Shown here: piece by piece, positions 1-6,800 of the stretch
Layout of the letters: each line of letters begins with the position of its first letter
Numbering within the stretch: position 1 is the stretch's first letter
Source: a virus
Taxonomy: Duplodnaviria; Heunggongvirae; Uroviricota; Caudoviricetes
Reading direction: 5' to 3' (one strand)
DNA length: 6,800 bases
Virus record (IMG/VR): IMGVR_UViG_2740892422_000007
Program-made: the position numbers and the translations under genes
Notes under the pieces: generated by a model
Database searches by the model: none
What the model was told of the DNA's origin: nothing
Seen by the model: only the letters and a program-made list of their open reading frames with translations

Positions 1-94
1 AGCTGAACAGGAGGGACAGCTGATAGAAACAGAAGCCACTGGAGCACCTCAAAAACACCATCATACACTAAATCAGTAAGTTGGCAGCATCACC
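1..94 (-). mobile_element. IS1 terminal fragment (left-end inverted repeat plus first 13 codons of insA); element continues leftward out of the window
   Basis: Bases 1-94 are the exact reverse complement of 6707-6800 (94/94). The motif GGTGATGCTGCCAACTTACTGAT matches the IS1 left terminus as I recall it. The minus strand of 1-39 reads GTG-initiated VASVSISCPSCSA, the InsA N-terminus. Identity stops exactly at 94/95. Confidence 0.85.
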
Positions 95-656
95 GCCATT
101 CAATATCCGGTGCAGTTGATGTATCAACACGGTTCAGCAACACCCGATACTTTTTCCAGGCTTCCAGCAACAAGGTTTCTTCCTCCGTTGCGATCTCCAG
201 ATCCACAGCATCCTGAAGCGGCGCTATATGCTCACTGGCTATCTGCATCAGGCTGTTTTTTGTTTCTTCCGCCTCCCGGATCCGGAACAGTTTTTCTGCT
301 TCCGTATCCTTCACCCAGGCTGTGCCGTTCCACTTCTGATATTCCCCTCCCGGCGATAACCAGGTAACATTTTCCGGTAACGGACCGAGTTCAGAAATAA
401 ATAACGCGTCGCCGGAAGCCACGTCATAAACCGTTTTACCCCGATGATCTTCAACGAGATGCCACGATGCCTCATCACTGTTGAAAACAGCCACGAAGCC
501 TGCCGGAATATCTGGCGGTGCAATATCGGTACTGTTTGCTGGCAGACCTGTATGAGGCGGAATATATGCGTCACCTTCACCAATAAATTCATTAGTTCCG
601 GCCAGCAGATTATAAATTTTTATGGTCCGTGGTTGTTCACTCATTCTGAATGCCAT
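90..656 (-). CDS. tfa: Tail fiber assembly protein Tfa (lambda-like), 188 aa, 3' end truncated by IS1
   Basis: ORF-track translation [48 protein letters not shown] matches lambdoid Tfa proteins from memory. The start overlaps the stf stop (TAATG on the minus strand at 654-658). The last native codon is W (96-98); the final R codon (93-95) and TGA stop (90-92) are supplied by the IS1 end. Confidence 0.88.
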   Translation of the reverse strand: MAFRMSEQPRTIKIYNLLAGTNEFIGEGDAYIPPHTGLPANSTDIAPPDIPAGFVAVFNSDEASWHLVEDHRGKTVYDVASGDALFISELGPLPENVTWLSPGGEYQKWNGTAWVKDTEAEKLFRIREAEETKNSLMQIASEHIAPLQDAVDLEIATEEETLLLEAWKKYRVLLNRVDTSTAPDIEWR

Positions 657-896
657 TACGCAAGCCTCACAATATAGTTAAATGCGATGTTTTTGACGGT
701 GTTTTCCGCGTTACCAGCAGCGTTAACGGTGATGGTATGTCCATGTGAACCAATCGCAACGGAGTGCGTATGAGCACCAATACCGACAGTATGTGCGTGT
801 GCACCTGCGCTTGCAGCAGTACCCGATACAGAGTGCGTATGAGCGCCTGCAGAAGAAGTGTTAACACTGTATTTAGAATAATCAGGTGATCCACTT
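656..896 (-). pseudogene. stf: Side tail fiber Stf, C-terminal ~80 codons only; 5' portion deleted
   Basis: The C-terminal 80 residues of track ORF 656..1132 read [81 protein letters not shown], with the repeated G(A/S)H(T/A)H motif and a terminal [11 protein letters not shown] typical of lambda Stf. The upstream 78 residues of that ORF are an out-of-frame read across the terminase fragment. No start codon or RBS exists for this fragment. Confidence 0.8.
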
Positions 897-1799
897 CCAG
901 ATCCCGGTCTTTTCGCAGATATAACGGGCATCAGTAAAGTCCAGCTCCTGCTGACGGATGACGCAGGCATTATGCTCACAGAGATAAAACACGCTGGAGG
1001 GATCATCCGGCATCCATTTGAGGCCAAACGGCGTCTCTTTGTCGCCAAATTTAAGGTACTGCTCCTTCCCGCAGTGCGGGCAGGCAACATGAAAACGCAT
1101 AAAATGCGGGGATTCACTGGCTGCACGCTCAATCTGGCAGGTGCCTCTCACTTTGGGCGTGGAGCCACGGATGGATTTTGGCCAGACAGAGCCTTCAATA
1201 CGCTTATCGCCCAGGAACGTCGGAGAGCCTTCCTGTTCAATATCCTCATCAAAGGCAGCAAGTTCATCATAACCCGCCACATCCACTGACTTTTCACGGT
1301 AGTTTTTTGCCGCTTTACCGCCCAGGCACCAGAAGCCACGCCCATTGGTGAAACGCTTCATGGTGAGCGTGTTATCCCGGTGCTTTTTGCCATACCACGG
1401 GGCCAGCGCCAGCAGCGAAGGAATATCACGGATGGTCGGCTCAACGTGGGTTTTCATAAAGTTCTCGGCATCACCATCCGTCGGCAACCAGATAAGTGTG
1501 TTGCGCTGCTTATGCTCTATGAAGTAGGCATAAACACCCAACAGCATTTTGGAATAACCAACACGGGCAGACTTCACCACATTCACCTCGCGGATGTAGT
1601 CGCTGCCCATCGCATTCATGATGGCCCGCTGAAAGGGCAGTGTTTCCCAGCGCCCTTCCTGGTATGCGGATTCTTTCGGGAGATAGTAATTGGCATCCGC
1701 CCATTCAACGGCGGTCTGTGGCTCCGGCCTGAACAGTGAGCGAAGCCCGGCGCGGACAAAATGCCGCAGCCTGTTAACCTGACTGTTCGATATATTCAC
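882..1799 (-). pseudogene. A: Terminase large subunit gpA, N-terminal 301 codons fused to 4 junk codons (KWIT) and a stop; nuclease and portal-binding C-terminal domains absent
   Basis: Translation MNISNSQVNRLRHFVRAGLRSLFRPEPQTAVEWADANYYLPKESAYQEGRWETLPFQRAIMNAMGSDYIREVNVVKSARVGYSKML is near-identical to lambda gpA from memory. Similarity ends after ...YICEKTGIW (codon 301, about base 897). Full-length gpA is about 641 aa. The 5' end overlaps nu1 by 26 nt, as in lambda. Confidence 0.88.
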
Positions 1800-2319
1800 T
1801 CAGCAACCCCGGTATCAGTTCATCCAGCGCGGCTGCTTTGTTCATGGCTTTGATGATATCCCGTTTCAGGAAATCAACATGTCGGTTTTCCAGTTCCGGA
1901 AAACGCCGCTGCACCGACAGGGGGATCCCGTCGAGAATACTGGCAATTTCACCTGCGATCCGCGACAGCACGAAAGTACAGAATGCGGTTTCCACCACTT
2001 CAGCGGAGTCTCTGGCATTTTTCAGCTCCTGTGCGTCGGCCTGCGCACGCGTAAGTCGATGGCGTTCGTACTCAATAGTCCCTGGCTGGAGATCTGTCTC
2101 GCTGGCCTGCCGCAGTTCTTCAACTTCCCGGCGCAGCTTTTCGTTCTCAATTTCAGCATCCCTTTCGGCATACCATTTTATGACGGCGGCAGAATCATAA
2201 AGCACCTCATTACCCTTGCCACCGCCTCGCAGAACGGGCATTCCCTGTTCCTGCCAGTTCTGAATGGTACGGATACTCGCACCGAAAATGTCAGCCAGCT
2301 GCTTTTTGTTGACTTCCAT
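1774..2319 (-). CDS. nu1: Terminase small subunit Nu1, 181 aa, apparently full length
   Basis: Translation MEVNKKQLADIFGASIRTIQNWQEQGMPVLRGGGKGNEVLYDSAAVIKWYAERDAEIENEKLRREVEELRQ... matches lambda Nu1 over its whole length apart from a few substitutions (from memory). Length and the 26-nt overlap with A are as in lambda. Confidence 0.92.
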   Translation of the reverse strand: MEVNKKQLADIFGASIRTIQNWQEQGMPVLRGGGKGNEVLYDSAAVIKWYAERDAEIENEKLRREVEELRQASETDLQPGTIEYERHRLTRAQADAQELKNARDSAEVVETAFCTFVLSRIAGEIASILDGIPLSVQRRFPELENRHVDFLKRDIIKAMNKAAALDELIPGLLSEYIEQSG

Positions 2320-2560
2320 TGTTCATTCCACGGACAAAAACAGAGAAAGGAAACGACAAAGGCCAAAAAGCCCGCTTTCAGCACCTGTCGTTTCCTTTCT
2401 TTTCAGGGGGTATTTTAAATAAAAACATTAAGTTACGACGAAGAAGAACGGAAACACCTTAAACCGGAAAATTTTCATAAATAGCGAAAACCCGCGAGGT
2501 CGCCGCCCCGTAACCTGTCGGATCACCGGAAAGGACCCGTAAAGTGATAATGATTATCAT
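2320..2560 (-). other. cos region: cosB with Nu1-binding R-element repeats, cosN, and the right-end/cosQ side
   Basis: It lies immediately upstream of nu1. The lambda 12-nt cohesive-end sequence GGGCGGCGACCT is present on the minus strand at 2497-2508. Perfect 14-bp inverted repeats GAAAGGAAACGACA (2345-2358) and TGTCGTTTCCTTTC (2386-2399) resemble cosB R elements, and a third CGTTTCC-type element sits near 2440-2452. A 15-bp palindrome TGATAATGATTATCA is at 2545-2559. Confidence 0.8.
2497..2508 (-). other. cosN cohesive-end core (GGGCGGCGACCT on the minus strand)
   Basis: Exact 12-mer match to the lambda cohesive end as recalled, about 190 nt upstream of the nu1 start codon, which is the lambda spacing. 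Confidence 0.75.
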
Positions 2561-2707
2561 CTACATATCACAACGTGCGTGGAGGCCATCAAACCACGTC
2601 AAATAATCAATTATGACGCAGGTATCGTATTAATTGATCTGCATCAACTTAACGTAAAAACAACTTCAGACAATACAAATCAGCGACACTGAATACGGGG
2701 CAACCTC

Positions 2708-2941
2708 ATGTCAACGAAGAACAGAACCCGCAGAACAACAACCCGCAACATCCGCTTTCCTAACCAAATGATTGAACAAATTAACATCGCTCTTGAGCAA
2801 AAAGGGTCCGGGAATTTCTCAGCCTGGGTCATTGAAGCCTGCCGCCGGAGACTGTGCTCAGAAAAAAGAGTTTCTTCTGAAGCAAACAAAGAAAAGAGTG
2901 ACATTACTGAATTGCTCAGAAAACAGGTCAGACCAGATTGA
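2708..2941 (+). CDS. Small ribbon-helix-helix-like DNA-binding protein, 77 aa, hypothetical
   Basis: Track ORF MSTKNRTRRTTTRNIRFPNQMIEQINIALEQKGSGNFSAWVIEACRRRL... has a basic N-terminus, a short strand-like NIRFP, then two helix-like segments, which is the Arc/MetJ/CopG pattern. Fold assignment is by eye only. Sits 42 bp upstream of, and on the same strand as, the DUF1398-like gene. Confidence 0.55.
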   Translation: MSTKNRTRRTTTRNIRFPNQMIEQINIALEQKGSGNFSAWVIEACRRRLCSEKRVSSEANKEKSDITELLRKQVRPD

Positions 2942-2998
2942 AGCAATTTAGATAATCGTGCAGACTACGCCCCCTCATATCACATGGAAGGTTTATCT

Positions 2999-3409
2999 AT
3001 GGATCAGGTAGTCATTTTTAAACAAATATTTGATAAAGTTCGAAACGATTTAAACTATCAATGGTTTTATTCTGAGCTAAAACGTCACAATGTCTCACAT
3101 TACATTTACTATTTAGCCACAGAGAATGTTCATATTGTATTAAAAAATGATAATACAGTGTTATTAAAGGGCCTAAAAAACATTGTGTCTGTCAAATTTT
3201 CAAAGGATAGGCATCTTATAGAAACGACCTCTAATAAGCTGAAATCCAGAGAGATCACATTTCAGGAATACAGAAGAAACCTTGCTAAAGCAGGAGTTTT
3301 TCGGTGGGTTACAAATATCCACGAACAAAAAAGATATTACTATACCTTTGATAATTCATTACTATTTACTGAAAGCATCCAGAAAACTACACAGATCTTA
3401 CCACGCTAA
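2999..3409 (+). CDS. DUF1398-like prophage protein (YbcV/YdfO-like), 136 aa from the ATG at 2999; track ORF begins at an upstream in-frame ATG at 2984
   Basis: Track ORF 2984..3409. The second ATG at 2999 is preceded by GGAAGG 9 nt upstream; the first ATG has no Shine-Dalgarno. Position next to cos/nu1 and a 136-aa length fit the YbcV/YdfO family from memory; family assignment not verified. Confidence 0.65.
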
Positions 3410-3418
3410 ACCATAACG

Positions 3419-3447
3419 TCCGGCTTCTCTCACTCCTGAGCCGGACT
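3419..3447 (+). terminator. Candidate stem-loop between the convergent DUF1398-like and Gns genes
   Basis: GTCCGGCT ... AGCCGGAC 8-bp inverted repeat with a 13-nt loop, 10 bp after the DUF1398-like stop. The downstream T-run is weak (TGCATTGGTTT). Confidence 0.3.
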
Positions 3448-3560
3448 GCATTGGTTTAATAAAAACCATCAACAATTGTGATTTAGATATTCGGAACCAT
3501 TCAAATATAACAAAACCCCGTAAAAACGAGGTTTATGGATAAATTTTATTATTGAATACA

Positions 3561-3734
3561 TCAGATTAAATTAATCTTGACATCATAGCTTTCAAGACCC
3601 GTCATTTTTTCCCGTGCGGTAAACTGAATACTGGTAACTTCTTTCCCGGTCTTTTTCTTAAGTTCAATAATTTTTTTTGTTATATATTCAGAAATATCTG
3701 CTTCTGCTTTTATTTTTAAGTTTTCAATATTCAT
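3561..3734 (-). CDS. Gns-family small protein (GnsA/GnsB-like), 57 aa; absent from the supplied ORF track
   Basis: Hand translation of the minus strand: MNIENLKIKAEADISEYITKKIIELKKKTGKEVTSIQFTAREKMTGLESYDVKINLI, then TGA at 3561-3563. Start ATG at 3732-3734 is preceded by AAGAGGAAA. Length and the REKMTGLESYDVKI segment match GnsA/GnsB as recalled. Confidence 0.7.
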   Translation of the reverse strand: MNIENLKIKAEADISEYITKKIIELKKKTGKEVTSIQFTAREKMTGLESYDVKINLI

Positions 3735-3782
3735 CATTTCCTCTTTTAGTCTGTTATGACTTTCCAGTTACACAGTAAGTCG

Positions 3783-3811
3783 ATTATATGGTGCAAACGT
3801 GTAAAAGATAA
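3783..3811 (-). promoter_or_regulatory. Candidate sigma70 promoter for the Gns gene
   Basis: Perfect TATAAT on the minus strand (plus 3783-3788), with a weak -35 TTATCT at 17-bp spacing (plus 3806-3811), about 45 nt upstream of the Gns start. Confidence 0.35.
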
Positions 3812-3905
3812 GATGAAACATCGCAATAATCAACATACGATAGTCTAAATTTTACACAAACAGACAAAGAGAATTTTCCTGAATTATCAATGCAATAGCA
3901 TCAAA

Positions 3906-4061
3906 TCAACTCAAGAGCCTTATTGCTGCTTCCAGAATTTCTTCTGAAGTAACATGTCGATCCGCGGCTACATAAATGACTTTATGATCTCCGGTCAGAG
4001 ATGGAAACCCTGCGGCCATTACAGTAAGGTGTGTTTTTTCGCCATTTGGATATTCACGCAT
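3906..4061 (-). CDS. Small hypothetical protein, 51 aa from the ATG at 4059-4061 (MREYPNGEKTHLTVMAAGFPSLTGDHKVIYVAADRHVTSEEILEAAIRLLS); in-frame extension possible to ATG 4134-4136 (76 aa) or the track's TTG at 4176-4178 (90 aa)
   Basis: Track ORF 3906..4178, which starts at TTG inside the cspI terminator hairpin, so that start is unlikely. The internal ATG at 4061 has GGAG about 11 nt upstream. The segment 4100-4136 contains A7 and T8 homopolymers. No family recognised. A 51-aa size fits the small ynfN-type gene found between gnsB and cspI in Qin, but that is memory of gene order only. Confidence 0.4.
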   Translation of the reverse strand: MREYPNGEKTHLTVMAAGFPSLTGDHKVIYVAADRHVTSEEILEAAIRLLS

Positions 4062-4180
4062 GATGGTGTTAACTCCAGTCATCGCTGGCACTACCACTGC
4101 TGGTTCAGAGTTAAAAAAAACTATGATTTTTTTCATGATGTTACCGTAGTATGTGAGTATCCATCGAATAGACACCAAGC

Positions 4181-4200
4181 AAAAAAGCTCCCGAAGGAGC
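4181..4200 (-). terminator. Rho-independent terminator downstream of the cspI-like gene
   Basis: GC stem GCTCC / GGAGC with CGAA tetraloop at 4187-4200. On the minus strand it is followed directly by TTTTTT (plus A6 at 4181-4186). On the plus strand it is followed by an interrupted T-rich run, so it may act in both directions. Confidence 0.55.
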
Positions 4201-4407
4201 CTTCATTTTCACTTTTTTAAATCCAACGACAGACGGCTGGCATTTAAGTATTGTGAAATATTATCAAATGTAATCATCATTGATTTACAAAAGATACATT
4301 TTGCCCCGAAAGGATTCATGTCAGAAACATCAAAAGATGATGTTCTATACTGGGAACCATGACAACACGGGCATCTAAAGTGAATATGGTTTGTAATATT
4401 GTCTACC

Positions 4408-4620
4408 TCAAAGCGCCACTACATGAACAGCGGCAGGACCTTTAGGTCCGTTCTCAATACCAAATTCAACTTCCTGATTCTCAGTTAATGTTTTGAAATC
4501 GTTGCTCTGAATTGCTGAGAAATGGACAAACACATCTTTGCTGCCATCTTTCGGCGTGATGAAACCAAAACCTTTTTCAGGGTTAAACCATTTCACTAAA
4601 CCAGTCATTTTGTTAGACAT
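4408..4620 (-). CDS. cspI: CspA-family cold shock protein, 70 aa, CspI-like
   Basis: Translation [70 protein letters not shown] carries the RNP1-like KGFGFI and RNP2-like VFVHF motifs. The [14 protein letters not shown] variant and the lysis-gene neighbourhood match Qin CspI as I recall it. Start context AAAGGTAATAATT-ATG resembles the cspA leader. Confidence 0.85.
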   Translation of the reverse strand: MSNKMTGLVKWFNPEKGFGFITPKDGSKDVFVHFSAIQSNDFKTLTENQEVEFGIENGPKGPAAVHVVAL

Positions 4621-4735
4621 AATTATTACCTTTTGAAGAAATTAGCCCTTGGGCAGAATGGTCCGAAAAAAAATATCAGAGAGAAAAACCAACAAGGAAA
4701 TCTCAAGAGGTACAAATAATAAAATTATAACAATG
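4621..4735 (-). promoter_or_regulatory. Candidate cspI promoter (extended -10) and roughly 100-nt AT-rich 5' leader
   Basis: Minus-strand TGTTATAAT (plus 4724-4732) is a TGn-TATAAT extended -10. A long leader is characteristic of cspA-family genes. No experimental support. Confidence 0.4.
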
Positions 4736-4982
4736 ACTGCTTCAGATAAATTTGTAACAAACCAGAACACCATTAACGCATGATTAACCACCCATAGCAA
4801 GGATTACTTTTGTAAAGAAAAACACAGCAATGAAAGAATAGCTTTATTTATTAATAAAACGTGTCATTCTGATTAAGACCTTTTATCTTACCCTTAAGAT
4901 TTCAGGAATTTTGGCTCATGGAAGAGTCCTTTTTATTTAAATTTTACATTCCGCGATGTAAATGTTCCGATTTAATATTACC

Positions 4983-6006
<1,024 letters not shown>

Positions 6007-6010
<4 letters not shown>

Positions 6011-6318
6011 AGATATTTATGATGAGGACGCTCGTGCTTATTGGCAGGATTTTCAATCTTAAAGGAGTACTGATGCTGCAGATAAGACTCAACTTTTTCT
6101 GACAATTTTTCTGCTACTTCCAGGAAGACTTGCCGGACGCTCCTTCTGGCTGCTGCCTCATAAAACTCCAGCGCAGCTCCTTCAACACGGTCCATGGCGA
6201 CATCCAGGTCAAAAATTTCACCGTCAAAGCGTTCTTTGTCCTGTAAGGCTACAGTTACCGTAACTTTATTCTCAAAATTACGGACTCCTTTCACAACCAG
6301 TTCATAGTCTTGAGTCAT
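6007..6318 (-). CDS. DUF1327-like prophage protein (YdfR-like), 103 aa, function unknown
   Basis: Track ORF with strong RBS GAGGAGAG upstream of the ATG at 6316-6318. Its stop overlaps the endolysin start (ATGA at 6007-6010). Length and position between holin and endolysin match ydfR of Qin from memory; acidic, no transmembrane segment. Confidence 0.7.
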
Positions 6319-6322
6319 TGGA

Positions 6323-6538
6323 TTACTCTCCTCTCGCAGCCTTACGCCTGTCTTCTTTAATCTTGAAATAAAGATTTGTCAGATACGTCAGCAGGCCAAA
6401 AACCAGGCTACCCAGCACACCGATTGCAGCCCACTGTGACGGAGTTACTTTATCGAGTAACTGCAATGCCCAGAAACCAGCATTACCCGCCGATGTGCCA
6501 TAGGCAACACCTGTTGTTAACTTATCCATTGATTTCAT
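6323..6538 (-). CDS. S: Class II pinholin (S21-like) with dual-start motif, 71 aa (68 aa from the second start)
   Basis: Real start is [71 protein letters not shown]. Two in-frame ATGs at 6536-6538 and 6527-6529 are separated by K-S, RBS GGGGTGAGG lies upstream, and there are two transmembrane segments with a basic C-terminus. The track ORF's 25-residue N-terminal extension is a run-on, not coding. Confidence 0.85.
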   Translation of the reverse strand: MKSMDKLTTGVAYGTSAGNAGFWALQLLDKVTPSQWAAIGVLGSLVFGLLTYLTNLYFKIKEDRRKAARGE

Positions 6539-6706
6539 ATCCTCACCCCGATGTACACGGATGGTGCAATATGTTTGAAAAGATCGGAGTCTACGGGGTA
6601 GTTTTGACAGCACACGTTGTTCTCAACGGCGCTAAAAAAACATACACATTAAAAATGTGGGTAATTATTTTGAAAGAAAGTCATATATAAAATAATAATA
6701 CGAGAA

Positions 6707-6800
6707 GGTGATGCTGCCAACTTACTGATTTAGTGTATGATGGTGTTTTTGAGGTGCTCCAGTGGCTTCTGTTTCTATCAGCTGTCCCTCCTGTTCAGCT
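6707..6800 (+). mobile_element. IS1 terminal fragment (left-end inverted repeat plus first 13 codons of insA); element continues rightward out of the window
   Basis: GGTGATGCTGCCAACTTACTGAT... begins at 6707. The 94 bp are the exact reverse complement of bases 1-94. GTG-initiated VASVSISCPSCSA reads on the plus strand from 6762. Confidence 0.85.

Noticed and set aside
110-894. Track ORFs 110..367 +, 311..592 -, 444..677 + and 667..894 -, overlapping tfa and the stf fragment
   Set aside because: Alternative-frame or antisense shadow ORFs of tfa/stf, with no independent support.
897-1132. N-terminal 78 residues of track ORF 656..1132 ([25 protein letters not shown]...)
   Set aside because: This is an out-of-frame read across the terminase A fragment on the same strand. 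Only the part downstream of the deletion junction (656-896) is real stf coding sequence.
972-2418. Track ORFs antisense to or overlapping A and nu1 (972..1289 +, 1148..1345 -, 1345..1527 +, 1380..1739 +, 1510..1704 -, 1838..2200 +, 1879..2418 +, 2178..2384 -)
   Set aside because: They sit in alternative frames of terminase genes whose own translations are strongly lambda-like. They have low-complexity or Arg/Cys-rich composition and no start signals, and are best explained as shadow ORFs.
2680-2946. Track ORF 2680..2946 on the minus strand, antisense to the RHH-like gene
   Set aside because: The plus-strand ORF has the recognisable RHH-like pattern. The antisense ORF is hydrophobic junk with no RBS.
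3954-4362. Plus-strand track ORFs 3954..4220 and 4153..4362
   Set aside because: Both are antisense to the small minus-strand ORF and the cspI terminator and run through homopolymer tracts and the hairpin. No RBS and no recognisable sequence.
6539-6613. 25-residue N-terminal extension of the holin in track ORF 6323..6613 ([25 protein letters not shown])
   Set aside because: The holin starts at the MKSM dual-start motif with a good RBS (6527-6538). The extension has no RBS and is a run-on.

Overview
The window is the interior between two inward-facing IS1 ends: bases 1-94 and 6707-6800 are perfect reverse complements of each other and match the IS1 left terminus. Everything between them is a decayed lambdoid (lambda/Qin-like) prophage remnant, almost all on the minus strand. 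Reading right to left: a phage-21-type lysis cassette (dual-start pinholin, a DUF1327-like gene, SAR endolysin, Rz with embedded Rz1), a small accessory island (CspA-family cold shock gene, a small ORF, an untracked 57-aa Gns-family ORF), a plus-strand pair (RHH-like protein and DUF1398-like protein), an apparently intact cos site, nu1, and only the N-terminal 301 codons of terminase A. A is joined by an internal deletion to the last ~80 codons of the side tail fiber gene stf, followed by tfa, whose 3' end is cut by the left IS1. There are no head or tail structural genes, no tRNA, rRNA or CRISPR. I do not see a clearly new multi-gene system. The least-explained pieces are the small ORFs at 3906-4136 and 4209-4319, the RHH/DUF1398 pair, and the DUF1327-like gene inside the lysis cassette. 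All protein-family calls are from reading the translations and from memory, not from a database search.
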